Below, piece by piece: positions 15,426-29,300 of a stretch of DNA of 64,000 nucleotides (the first letter of the stretch is position 1; each line of letters starts with the position of its first letter). The position numbers were made by a program, and so were the translations under genes. The notes under the pieces are model-generated. The model had not been told where the DNA came from. It searched no databases and saw nothing but the letters and a program-made list of their open reading frames with translations. The DNA comes from Trichoplax adhaerens (Eukaryota > Animalia > Placozoa): assembly GCF_000150275.1 (NCBI RefSeq), contig NW_002060943.1:6096008-6160007 (forward strand), read 5' to 3'.

Positions 15426-15783
15426 GATTTTACCAAATGTAAATTACCTTTGGAAGCTAGTAATTACAGATATTATGTTGCTAGATAAGTAAACAATACT
15501 GTAAACAGTAAAAACCGAGAATTGTCTACATAGGCAATGTCACCAAATTGTCTTTAGCAATTGCTGTATTCTTTTATTGCTGTTTACATTACGTTTAATA
15601 TATGATAAAGCAAAGAAAGTTTATGTATACTAGGTACACTTGAAAATTGCAAATTTTCATAGCATTGATATTGTTTTTGTCGTATATATATCGTCTACAA
15701 TGGTGCACACGTTACGACACATTGTATATAAATGATATAACAATAAACAAGCTTATAACGTTCTAGCGGAAGGTACGATTCCA

Positions 15784-18700
15784 TTATGTCCTGGATTGTG
15801 TATTTAACTTTCTCACTAGATCCCAATCAATGTCTGCACCAGAGACTCCAACATGACGCCTAAGGACAAATGTTGCAATTTTATCGATAGTCGTCTTTTC
15901 GATACCCAAATCTTCCAGGCCAGGTAATTCAGGAGTGACTCGATCTGATAGATTTTGCTATTAAACGAAATATATCAGCTATTAATTTATGATAAACTAA
16001 TTAAAACAATCAATGATAAAGACATTATCAGAACTGTAATTGAAATCAAAGAAATATCACAACATGCTGACCCGTATGAGCTTGTCTCGTGTTAACCATG
16101 GAATGTAGCCAACAGTTTCCATTACACTTAGAAAAGCACTACCGTAAAGAAGTATATTATTTTAATATACTGTGCAAACAATGATCGCAACAGTATCAAG
16201 CAAATTGAAGCGATGTAAAAACAAGCCAACATACTTGAACATCCATTGAGGTAGGGTAATGGTTTGGAATCGCCTTGCACTATACCTGAAAATAGTTCCC
16301 ACCAAATCGTATAATAGATATTCATGAGGCCTACAACAGAGCATGTAATCAGTCAATATTCTTTATAGTCATGATCAATCATGATTAGCTATTAATATCA
16401 TAGCAATATTGGTTAGCATACCCGTACAACTCATAAATTCTTCCAGCGGTTGTATCGTCTACGGTCATTTTGGCAATAGCTTTAGCAAAGTCAGCAACCT
16501 TAAAATTATTCATTTATTAGTAAGGTTTAAGATAGAAACTACATCTATCAAGAGCATTACGAGAGATTATCAATGTATGCTAGTGCACATACTATTGCTT
16601 ACATATAAAGGTATTTTAGTAGCTTTTAGACCTCCATCTAGCAATGGCACTCCAAACGGCAGCATTCTTAACTCTTTCAAAATTGATAATATTCGAAATG
16701 ATATTCTTTAGAGCGTTATTTAAAAACTTAAACTTGAGATCATTTTCTAGAAGCAACTTACCGGCATAGTAATTAAAAAATCTATCCTCCTGGCCATATA
16801 TATCAGAGGGCCTAACTATAGTAGCATCAGGAAACTCTTCCAATACAGCTTCCTCACCGGCAGCCTAAGATAAGACAATGATAAACTGATAAGATTTTTA
16901 CACAGTAGTAGTTGCTTACCAATGGATCGTTATTAACGTATATAAACATATTAATTTTTAACCTTTGATCTGAGCCAATGTGATTTAGAGTTCTTATCAA
17001 CATTTAAAGCTGAAACATGTATTAAACGCTCAACACCATGATCTCGACATGCACGGGCAATCGCACGAGCTCCTTCCACATTTGCGTCCTCATATGTATA
17101 ATTCCTGTCATAAACACATAGTTTTCTATTAAGTGTATCTAGACACGACAGGGCAGAAATGACTGATTAATTAAAACGAATTCGGAGTTATTAATTCTAC
17201 CTTGTTTCCCAGTCTTGTCCAATTAGGTTAATCACGACATTAGAATGCTTCACTAATTCAGAAACTGCATCGGTGTCTCTCAAACTGAAAGGCTACGTGA
17301 TATACAGTGAAATTAGAATACATTAAGATCACTTGGATAGGCACTATAATACGTTTTAAAGCATACACACTTGTTAGTTAAGCTATTCTACCAAGCACAC
17401 AGCTTAGGTCTAATGAAATATTGTATGATATGCTATTATGCTTTGTCTTATGATATACTAATTAAAGGAATAGCAACATCTTCACTGCTAATATTGTAAG
17501 AGATGCTGTGTACACTTTCAAGTATTATACACGAAGTAAAAAGGTATCAGTTGCTTGTCGCAAAGGTTTCCATAATGTGACCTAATGAGTTTGCTATTAT
17601 GCTTATCTTACCCGAAACATAATTTGGCCCAAATCACCCATCAGTCTTATATGCCTAATATCGTGTTCATCACAACGGTAAGGAACCATAATTTGAGTTC
17701 CAACTCGTCCTAAACATGAGAGAAAAAACTAGTGTTAAACTTTGTTGAAGATAGTAAATGTTGCCATATTCTTAAGTACTACCATGAAGTTGAATATAGG
17801 TATTTGTTGAATGATCAACAAATAGTGACTAAAAAGTTGTATTTTTCTCTGATTGTTATAAATACAGTACTGTAGAGTTGCTAATCAAATTCTTAACTAT
17901 AAATTCTATTGGAACAACCCTGTGGTAATATATTCAATAAAACTTCATCTAATGAACAAAATGTCTAGTATAAGTCAATTATTAATGACAATAAGTCCAA
18001 GTTGTGTTGTTGCAGAGAGAAGGCGTGAAATTGTAATTAATGTTACCTAATCTGTTAATAACATATCGTCCTGTAAATCCAGTGCCACCAAATACAGTAG
18101 CTAGAATACCAGAGTAGGAAGAGCGGCCACCACGACCACTCTTGACCAACTGATGTAGTTTTCTCTACGATTATAAAAGCCAATCACTGTGGGTTAGTCA
18201 TGTGTATCAGATGCATAAGAAGATTTATAGGACGTATACTGACATTATCGATTTATGCACAATTGCACAGTGGTAGAATCATGGGAAGAAACACGAACTC
18301 GACGTTGCTAACAGGTAGTTTATGGCTACAAATGCACTTGTCGAACTTAATATCTCAAGTCAATGTAAAGACAGCAACGTAGCCATATTTACACGTCCAT
18401 ACCTATCTACGGTATAGTAACGGCATAATGTACTACTTTCTCTATGTCAATATAGTATTCTACAAACTTTGCCATCGAGCAACAGCAATACACTTCTCAA
18501 TTTAGTAAGGACGTGATCACTATAACCTCGTTATGGAATAGCATAACCTGGTTGTTAAGCTAACAGGAAGAATTAGGCAAAATGAAATGAAGAAGCAAGC
18601 AAGTGCTGGCTATCTCAGCTACATCCATGTCTATACAGAAGATAAAAATGATGTAGAAACTGCTCGGTAGCTCTTTAAATAAAAGTACAGATAGGCAAAC

Positions 18701-18942
18701 AACATTGTTGGCCAGGTCGACATGAAAAGAGTTTACATTAAGTAAAAACAACTTACATCGTTGATAGAGGAACCGCATATTACCGTTCTTACCGACGATA
18801 CTATAGAATATAAGTCAACATTAAGAATAGAATAACAACATAGAATAGCATAGCATGGATAGAAATTGAAATTAGTATTATTGCTATTAGTTTTACCCGT
18901 TAATGTTTGAGGTAATCGTCTTCGGGATAAGTTTAACATCAT
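15784..18942 (-). CDS. NDUFA9: NADH:ubiquinone oxidoreductase 39-kDa subunit (atypical SDR), multi-exon
   Basis: Arg-rich mitochondrial presequence [14 protein letters not shown] (exon 18897-18942). [31 protein letters not shown] (18047-18164), [59 protein letters not shown]. Last exon ...LPGLEDLGI... with stop TAA at 15784-15786. Confidence 0.95.
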
Positions 18943-19240
18943 GGCGGATCAACGTTTTGGCACGACTGGAAGTACGCCAGTACTGCAGCTGTTCAACCTG
19001 ATTGTCGCAGTCAGTATGTTAGTATTATATCGCAAACAATGGCGAGAAATCAAGGCTACAGTAGGCAGACTTGGTCGAGTTACTCTTGGCAGACCAACGC
19101 AACGCACATACGGTAAAAACGCTTCACCACAAAATCCCAAATTCACTCAACGTCTAGAAATGTGCACAAATCATACTGCAAAGTATACGATACCGTATAG
19201 TATACGCTGATAGAATTCATACTACTAAATAATACTGCAG

Positions 19241-20118
19241 CTGCGCAGTTCAGTCTGGCCTTATTTCCTGGATTTTCGCTGCCATGGACTAGTGACATTG
19301 TTTTTGCTCGTGATTGAAGCTTAGTGTAATGTGAAAAGTATACATTGTATCAGTACCGTAAGCCAGTAATGTACAGTACACAGCCAACCTTGCAGATAAT
19401 GATGTCACCTATGGCGGTGATTTATTACTGGATTTATCGGACGGACAGTACCTCTATGGGCGTATAGTTACTGCACAAATGACTAGCAAAACTAATGTCC
19501 ACAAGATGAGTCTATAGTAATAGGTTTACAGTAAGAAAAAGGGCCTTCATACAGGTGACATTATTTGTTCGCATGAAGTCCACAATGAGCACTTCAATCT
19601 ACAGACTACAGTACATCAAAGGTGGACTGTAGCAGACGGAGCGGACGCTGCTACCTTACCTACTGCGCAGTTCAGTCTTGCCTTATTTCCAGGATTTTCG
19701 CTGCCATGGACTAGTGACATTGCTTTTGCTCGTGATTGATGCTTAGTGCCATGTGAAAAGTATACATTGTATCTGTACCGTAAGCCAGTAATGTACAGTA
19801 CACTGCCAACTTTACGGACGATGATGTCACCTACGGCGATTGATTACTGGATTTATCGGACGGAAAGTATCTCTATGGGAGTATCATGCACAAATGACTA
19901 GCAAAACTAATGTCCACATAATGAGTCTAAAGCAATAAGTTAACAATAAGGAAAAGGGCCTTCATGCAGGTGACATTTTTTGTTCGCATGACGTACACAA
20001 TAAGCACTACAGTCTACAGTACTTTTAGAGAAACATAGCACTGTCGAAATGTACTGTACAGTATCGTACTCTTTAGCAAAGGTGGATGCTAGCAGACGGA
20101 GAGGACGCTGCTACCTTA
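19241..20118. repeat. tandem duplication of a ~420-bp unit (2 copies) in the NDUFA9/GALK2 divergent intergenic region
   Basis: Copy 1 is 19241..19658 and copy 2 is 19663..20118. Both start CTGCGCAGTTCAGTCT(G/T)GCCTTATTTCC and end GGACGCTGCTACCTTA; roughly 90% identical by eye. Copy 2 has an extra ~50 bp near 20022-20077. Confidence 0.93.
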
Positions 20119-20181
20119 GGGCCTACGCCCATCCGACAACAAAGTCTCCCACTGCAGCTACTCTCGACTGGACATAACAAG

Positions 20182-23100
20182 ATGGAAGGCGAAGGCGAAA
20201 GCAGTTTAATTGTCCATAGTTTAGCAGATATCTATCCTGGCAGTTCACAAGCTGCCAATGAGAGGTAAAAACTATACAGTAGCAGTACACGAAACCATGA
20301 TGTTTCGTAACTATTTACGGTAAAGTAGATTCCTATTTGATGTCATGGCTATACTAGACTGATTAATGTATTTACGAGCATAAACTTAAACTTAATTATA
20401 TGTGCCTCGTTTATTTATGAATGACTGGTGATAGTCATATTGAACATCAATGCGAGTACGGTCTAGTGATTAGTAAGCTAGTAAATTCTAGCTAAAAATG
20501 ATTTGTTTACAGAATTACAGTACAATTAATATAGAATGACAGTCTTGATCAAGATACTACTACCATTGATAATACAGAAGTAATACGATATTATGCTGCA
20601 ATCTCGATCAGTTTTGTCGCAACTTAAGCTGTAATCTTTTTTCAAACTGATGCTTTAATAAATGCCGTCTTTCATCATAAGCGTGTAATTAAGATCAGTA
20701 TCGGACTTTGAGTCATTTTGCTACAATGGTGGATTGAGTATTAATGATTGAATGAAATGGAAATTATCATGGCATAAAGATCTACATTTTTATAAATTTA
20801 TAGGTATAGGATGATGAACAAGATGTTTACGGAAAAATTGAACGTAAAGCCTCAGTATTTTGCTCGTGCTCCAGGACGTGTGAACATCATCGGTAAGAAT
20901 AACAAATGATACTGACGTCAATCAAGAATGCATAGAATACGGACACAACAGACCTTAGACGATATCGAGATTTCTTTATACCTCTATGCCTAGCTAGCAA
21001 GCAGATAGTAGAATACAGTACATGCCCCCATACACATAACTTCAATTCGATATTTCATCATGATATCCAACTGTCTGTGATAAACTACTGTGAATTGATC
21101 ACCAATGAATTCACTCACTCACGTTTTCAGCAACTGAGACAGGACTAACTTCAATGATGGTTACAATTATTCTCTAGGTGAACATATTGACTATTGTGGT
21201 TACGGCGTATTTCCTATGGCTTTGGAACAAGATATCGTCATAGCAGTGGCCGTCAATCAAGATCAAAAATTAAGAATCTTCAACACCAATGAACAATTTA
21301 AGTAAGATATAAAAAACGGATTTAGTAAATTATTTGTTCCAGAGCTAAAATTTTATCCTTCTTGCTTTTAAAGTTCAATTATAACTTAAATTACATCACA
21401 GATCATTCGAATGCGATTGTAATGATGTCAAAATTGACGGCATAAATTGGTATCATTACTTTCTTTGCGGCTACAAAGTATGTATAAATACAATGGCCAG
21501 TTGACATTGTCGGTTTCACAGCTGTGAAACCGACCCATTGTCCGATGATATTCTTGATGCAGTATTGTTTTTGTAAATTTACTACATAGGGTATCTGTGA
21601 AGCACTAAACTTATCAACAACTGTTGGTATGGATGTATTAGTAGATGGCACTATACCAAAGGTAACTAAAATACTCCATCTGATATCATATACCATCATT
21701 TCAAAACAACGTCGGAAATATTTCTTTTTGCGAATAGAGTGCAGGACTATCAAGTTCATCTGCTTTGGTATGCTGCGCTGGTTTAGCTACATTACGTGCA
21801 AATAATGGATCGCTAAGCCGTGTAAGAAATATTTTAATCAGATAGCGTACAAATTTATCGACTAAACATAAGTGATCGTTTATATCATTGATGTTATGTA
21901 TACTAGGTTGAATTAGCTGAAGTCTGTGCTGCCTGTGAAAGATATATTGGCACGCAAGGCGGAGGGTTAGTAAGAAACGTAAAATTTTCGTTGATAAAGT
22001 TCTGAAATCTTCTGTTGCGTATAACAGACAATGTACACGATATCAAGTTAAATATATTTATAATATTTACCGTATACACGTGTATTATAGGATGGATCAA
22101 TCAATCTCATTCCTAGCTGAAGGAGGAAAGGTATCGATGTTTAACCAGTTAACTCTTGAATGCTTAAATGATATCTTGTAAAACTCAAACTGATTTTTAT
22201 CACAGGCAAAATTGATCGAATTTAATCCACTTCGAGCAACAAATGTAAATCTACCCGCTGACAGTGCGTTTGTCATTTCGAATTGCATGGTAAGCGATCC
22301 TGAATTTGCGTTCAAAAATTACATCGATGAAAATAGCAATTAGCAATCATAAATGATATGAATCATATCGTTGAATTCGGAGAATAGGTGGAAATGAAAA
22401 AATCGGAAACAGCTTCTACTCATTTTAATGTTCGTGTTGCTGAATGTGTGATATCGGCCAAGGTAGAGTTCACTTTCCCTCCAATTTAATTCCATGTGCA
22501 ATTCTAATAATTACACTCTAATAAAGATTCTAGCGCAATGTAATAATTTGAAGTGGAAAGATATAAAAACATTGGGAGAACTCCAAAAGACGTTAGATAA
22601 AGATCTAAATCAAATGCTACAATTGATAGAGAAGAATTTACATAAAGATCCTTATACTCGTCAGGAAATTTGCTCTATTCTTAAAATTGAAGTGAGTCAA
22701 GTGTGGCTTTTCTTTTTTAGTTATTTCATGTGTCATTAAATGTATTTAACATATAGTATTGGGTTTTCAAGATTTTCGTTGTATTTATGGATCTTAGGAT
22801 TCTGATTTTGAGAAACATGTTGTTTCATCAGCTGCAAAAGATGCTGCGTTATTTAAATTATATGATCGATCCCTGCATGTGTATTCGGAAGCTAATCGAG
22901 TGTTAACATCGAAAAAAATTTGTGACGAAGCGAGTTCTGAAGCCAGCGAAGTAAATCTTTTTCATTTTAAAAATAAACCATCTGGAATAGGTTATTGTTA
23001 GATGCCACATGATTGATACGGTTGTTGTTAAACACTTATTTTAGCTTCTTGGACGATTAATGTCTGAAAGTCATTCTAGCTGTAGCAGCAAGTACGAGTG

Positions 23101-23423
23101 TAGTTGTCCGGAATTAGATAAACTGGTGGAAGCATGCATGTCAGTACTAATCATTTCATTACTTAGATTCCGCTCTATCCGAGTTTTAGACTAACTGTAT
23201 TATTCATCTGCAAAGGTCCTGCGGGTCTTTAGGAAGTCGATTAACTGGAGCAGGCTGGGGTGGATGTGCAGTTTCAATTGTACGCAAAACCGATGCGAAA
23301 AACTTTGTTCGTAGTCTTTTTGAAGAATACTACGCATGCAAAGGTTACAAATGGGAAGATGCTGATCAAATTCTATTTAGCACAGAGCCAGGAACTGGTG
23401 CTGCGTTGTACTTACCAAATTAG
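20182..23423 (+). CDS. GALK2: N-acetylgalactosamine kinase / galactokinase 2 (GHMP kinase), ~14 exons
   Basis: [114 protein letters not shown]. Stop TAG at 23421-23423. Confidence 0.94.
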
Positions 23424-26389
23424 ATTTATAAAATTGGGATGTGTTCAATTGTGAATGAAAAAAGTACACTCCTAAAAATCTAGTTTAATTGATTTTTAAT
23501 AATCATAATCTATATTGACTAACATTTATGGATAGCTAGTACAATGAAAAGTTAGTAACGTAAAATTAAATCAACTAGTGAAATCTAGAATACAATCTGC
23601 CGAAAGGTATGTTTTGACTACATCTCAAAAATATAGGTGAGAGTCCATTAGTCCAAAACTCAGTTATTATCGTTCAAAGATCACGAAAGATATTAGATTT
23701 TTATTGCTCCCATAAATCAATAACTTCTAGCATTCAATTGTAACATTCAATCGTACCGGAAATCACTGTGTAACACTTATTTGTTTTATATTACAATTAG
23801 TATTGTAACGATTCTTTTATTTTTTCATATATGACTGATGAGAAATTTTATTTTGACTTTATTAAAGATATGAACTTGCGATAAAACTAAGTCAAAATGT
23901 TCACTTTGGTACACCGAGATTAAAGATTATCTCGATCTACCCTGTTATTCGTTGTCATAATTTTTTTTTTTTAGGCGCAGTAAGACTTCAATAAAGACCA
24001 ATAAACGATATTTTTCCTTGTTTAGGATTGTTGTAAGATGTAGATTTTAACAAATACTTTTTAAATAGTACATTTGTAAGCTGTATGATCAGAAACTACA
24101 TTTAATACTACAAGAACGATTATGATTACATATCATAGTCTATAATCACATATATATATTTAACTAAAGCGATTATGAGTGACTTAAGTAGTTTTTTTTG
24201 CAACAACTGATCTACTGAAGCTATGATTAGATTATGAAAAGCACAAAAATAACAATTATTGGATATTAACAGTAGGATTTAGGCATAATTTGTAGGTTAC
24301 AATTATTGCTTTCAATAATTTATTCTAGCTATTGCACAGTTTACAACGGAAACAGATGAGGAAACAATCCGATCAATACAGCACCTGCAACTTCTAATAT
24401 CGATAAATGTTTAGATAAGTTGGAGGCTCAATTTTGTATATCGACAATTTCACCCCTCTTTCGTGGATATCTTAATATATACAGCTAATTTTCATTGTTC
24501 CACTCGACTGCATTAAGGTGTACAAATCTATAAGTAACTATCAATTTTGATCGAAAATAATCTGGCTCTAACAGTATATCAATCCATCATATAATGCTCA
24601 ATATCCAATTTGATTGATTACATTGTGAATATCAAGTACATATCGACTAGAAAATGATACCGTTGTATTTTTTGTTGCCAAAGGATACACTACTGTACCT
24701 AAGTTGGGAACAAGCGAGCTACAATATCGTCTTTTCAGAAAATAAATTTAACTTTCGCCTGTGCACAAATCTGGTGAATGTTCTCATACGACATGATTAG
24801 TTACTAAGATACAGTATTAAAAGTATTAAGATATTGCTCTCATATTTTACTATATTGGTTATTACGCAGACTTTAGATCAAAGTAACCTATTTAATTATT
24901 TTGATGAGGAAATGAGATTATAAATTGCGTATAGGTAATACTAATCATCAAGATTCCTCCAAAACAATGTAATACTAAGTTTCGTGGCAGAAACGATATA
25001 CTGTAAACCTTCTCCTTACGCATAAACGATAAAATAACGAACTCTCTTTATTGTGAAAGGTGACTCGCTTTTAAACCTCCAATCTATATTCGCGAGCAGT
25101 TGTAGAGTATATATCAAAATTTATGACACTTTATGCTCGATTTTAAAATACATTGGAACATGCATATAACATGAGACAGTCATGATTAGAACACAATTTG
25201 ACCTTAAGCTCTCCTTTAAATTACGTATCTAAATAATTCACTCGTTCTTACCGGAAAATGAATTAGTAATACAATCTATAGCCTAACCATGTAACGATCA
25301 AATACAATGCCTCAATACTTAACGGTGGCCTTTAACACCATGATACTAATTGATTAAAATTAATAAGATGAAAGATATTGAAATATAAAGAGATAATTAG
25401 ATTTAATCATAAGCAGATGAAGTTAAAGTACCAGAAATATATCCCTCAATAATACCAGACTAAGAAGATATGCAATAAAATCATGATTAGATCCATCTGT
25501 CCAATATCAAGGCAACTTTTATGCGAATTTTAATTTGATAACCAGGAATGCATTACAATAGCCTGATACTATATCCTAAAAAAAGGATGTTTAGCATAAT
25601 TTTGGACTGATGATAAGAGAAGCAGAAATACTTCTATTCTTATGATTTCACTTCCTAGTCTAATAGATCTACATCATAATTCAATGATAGTTTTCATTAT
25701 TTAATTAAGTACAATTATTATTTTATATCAATTACAGCTAACAATTTACTTTAATCACCCTTTTGTAGATATCTGTAAATATTCTTGAAGAAATTGAATA
25801 CTATAGACACCATAATAAAGGAGAATAAAATTATAGCCATTGAAAGTAGAAACAGTAGATAATGAATTCCTACATTAATCATCATAAATTATTGATATTT
25901 CTTTACATTTACGAGAACGTCATTCTATCGTGCATTGGCATAACAGGTCATAAATTAATCATAATTGCATTAAGTATGATTAGAAACGAAAGAGCGTAAA
26001 TAACATTCAATGCTCTTTTACATCAAAGTCCTAGATAGCGTCGTCATTATTATCTAACAATTGATGATCTATTGCCATATGATTTATTCACTAATATCAT
26101 TCAGTTAACTTGGTTAGACCATTTTCTTTTTTTCCCTGCAATGAAAGCCTACTGAGCGGTTATGAAGTTATAGCTAGCAACTTAGCCCTCTGTCTTCGCG
26201 AAATTCCTTAATATTCTTCATATTATCCAGCTACCATACTTTTTAACTAACTTTATCTACTTGCAAATCATTTACTGAATATAATAGAGATCATTTACTA
26301 CTTATAGAACTATTACATGCTAAAAAAAATTAAATCATTGGTTAACCAGCTAGCAAGCTAAAGATCTATCACTCTTCATCATTTTAACA

Positions 26390-29300
26390 ATGAAATGGAC
26401 ACTAAACCTTTTCATCTTGACGGGTGAATTGATACTATATATGGTAGCATCCGAAAAGGTACAAGAAAAAAGAAACCTTTACCTTGGTGGATTTTTTGCA
26501 GTCAATTTAACTAAAGAAAACTGGAATGGCGCTGGCATTATTCCTAGCGTTCAAATGGCAATTGAAGATATAAATAATCGAAATGATATCTTGAATGATT
26601 ACAACTTAATTCTACTATGGAATGACACACAGGTAAGTTTAACGATTCGTCATTGCTTTATGATATATATGCGTATTTATCACATAATAGTCGAATACGA
26701 CATATCTTTATCGATACATACGATTACAGGTTATTACTTCATCACTTTCAGTTTGATTGTATAATATTCTTTGCGAAGTTTTAAGAAATATGTAAAATTT
26801 ATAAAGAGAAGTATTATGAAGTAAACGTAATACGGCACTGTTGTCATCCTCCTAGCTGCGATAAACTCAATAATTCTCGAATAATTCTATCTTGAATATA
26901 ATTTTTCGTAGACTGTATTATGTAAAAAGATCATAAATTTGAAGTACACAAAAATGGGATAAGAAATAGTAGTGATAAAAATTCTACATTTGGATATGTC
27001 TTAGAAATTTTAATTGAAATATTAATACATGTTTTTGCAAAATTATTCACTTTTTCCCGTAACACGGTCTACATTTTCTGATTTTTAAACTGAAATTTCT
27101 ATATCGACTAGTACAGCATTTATTCCATAACATTTCCGCGGTAAGAGTAAGTTAATAATAATATAATTAGCGCTTACAACCAAGTCCATAGTAAAGAATA
27201 ATTATCATATCAGTAAATCACATTTCGAAGTGGAGTTAGAAAGTCTATTGCAGTTTATCAATAGCATTGAACTAATTATATCTCATGTGTTTTTATCATA
27301 ACTAAAAATAGAAATATGTTACTATCATTTCTAAACAAGCAGTAGGGCATAAAAATTTTAGATTTAAGAAAGTAACTTATATGTCGTATTTCATTATTAT
27401 AACTTTATCTATCATCAATGCAAAGTCTACCTACTGAATGTTCGAATATATGAACGAAATTGTCTAATTTCTTAATTCGTACAACGTACAGTATAGCTGC
27501 TACTTCCTATGCTTCCGAGTTTCTCAGAGTTCATAAGTTCGTTAACTACTGTATAAGCCGTTTCTAAGTGATCTTGATGAGTTCATACAATTTTAGGTAT
27601 ACGCGTAAATGTACAAAGAACTGGTTCTAGTCGTACCGTAATTATAGCAAACAAAATTATCTTATTTGTATACAATATGTAAGGTAATTGCAAATTAGTA
27701 TAAGTATTGGTAGCTAATTTATGAATTACGGACACATACAATAAATTGAATTTTAAGTATACATTTGCAATCTGACATTGTAATTAATATTCGAACGGTG
27801 AATAAAATCAGTATACATAAACTCCTACGCTAAACAGTCAACTCAATGTTTTAAAAATGCTTTTAGATTTTATTGATACGTTTTGAAAAAAATTGACTTA
27901 TCCACTGATATTTAATATTTACGGTCATTCTTAAGTTCTATATAATAACATACCATAAATATAATTCGTTCTGTATATATTTCATAAAAAGCATTATTAC
28001 CCATCATTTTCGAAAATATGCGCACCTTAATCTGACTGTACAAGACGCTTTCTGGTAGTTTAGTCAGCTCTAAATTCATACATGAAATATTGTAAGTCAC
28101 TGCCAAACCATATTATGAAATGGCCGGACTGTTAATTTTTCACTCTTTAATTAAGATTATAGAACAAAAAATGGATATATTTAATAGTTTTGGTAATTTA
28201 TTTTGCCCCCGAAATTTGCAATTGATATTAAATTCATTGCAAATAAAACTTCTGATAATATGCTAAGAACTATCTTAATTGATATCGTTAGTCATCTTCT
28301 AATTTAAATTATGTAAAATAGATTGCTAAAGTATTTGACAATTTACTTTATCGATAATCTTGCTCTTTACGAAATATTCCATATTTCCTAAGTTATTTTT
28401 TCAATGTAAATAGCCTTTAGCTTTTATTCAGTAATTTTCTGACTTTTTAATTTTAAAGGATAAGAAATAAATTATGTTATGATTAGATAATAGCCAAATT
28501 AGGACTCAGTTTACGCAAAAATACATACGGTAGATCTTAAGCTAGTTTATCTTTTGGAAAGTAAACATCCAAAGCCAATATAACCCATAATAGATGAGAG
28601 ATACACGTCAAGAGCGCTTAGCTAGAAGGTTTACTTACCCTAGCTTTACAAACTGTCAACACTTAGCTTGTTAAGAATCTATATGTTCTATATAGTTGGC
28701 CGATTTTTTAACAATCTCGTAAATAGTAAATGACATCATTCTATCACAATTTATTACCATACTTATTAAATGTAACCATAAAAATGAGATAAATAGCCTC
28801 TATAAGAATTAGGATTAGCTTTGCTGATCTAATGTACCAACATAAGGTAGTACATAGCCAATTCTAAGACCTTAACAGTATTGCCTGATTCTACTCCAAT
28901 GTCAACAAGTACACAATGATATCTTGAACCTTGAACTTTTTATCTACTTTACTATATTATAATAAAAAATTATATCCTAAACAAATTAACGGTAATAAAA
29001 TTAGTTAAAGCCGCACGTCTTATTGATATGATAGCCAATTTCTTGAAATATAACACATTTGATTTGATGTTGCAATACGAAGTTTAAACTATTTTCGCTC
29101 TGCAAGACTAATAAACCTTACATCTGACTGAATTAGAGATATTAAGTTAAGATTCTAAATAGATTAGGTAATTTAAAATCTCATTGTTATTTTCTCTTTC
29201 ATTTTAACAGGGATCTCCGGGATTGGCTAACAAAATACTTTTCGATATGGTTTCTAGTAAACCAACTAAAATTGCATTACTAGGACCTGGCTATTCGGTT

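Noticed and set aside
18941-19210. Plus-strand 89-aa ORF MADQRFG... starting at the NDUFA9 ATG
   Set aside because: It overlaps the NDUFA9 5'UTR/promoter; local GC richness explains the open frame, and there is no recognisable homology or splice support.
21403-22315. Three minus-strand ORFs
   Set aside because: Antisense to well-supported GALK2 exons and introns.
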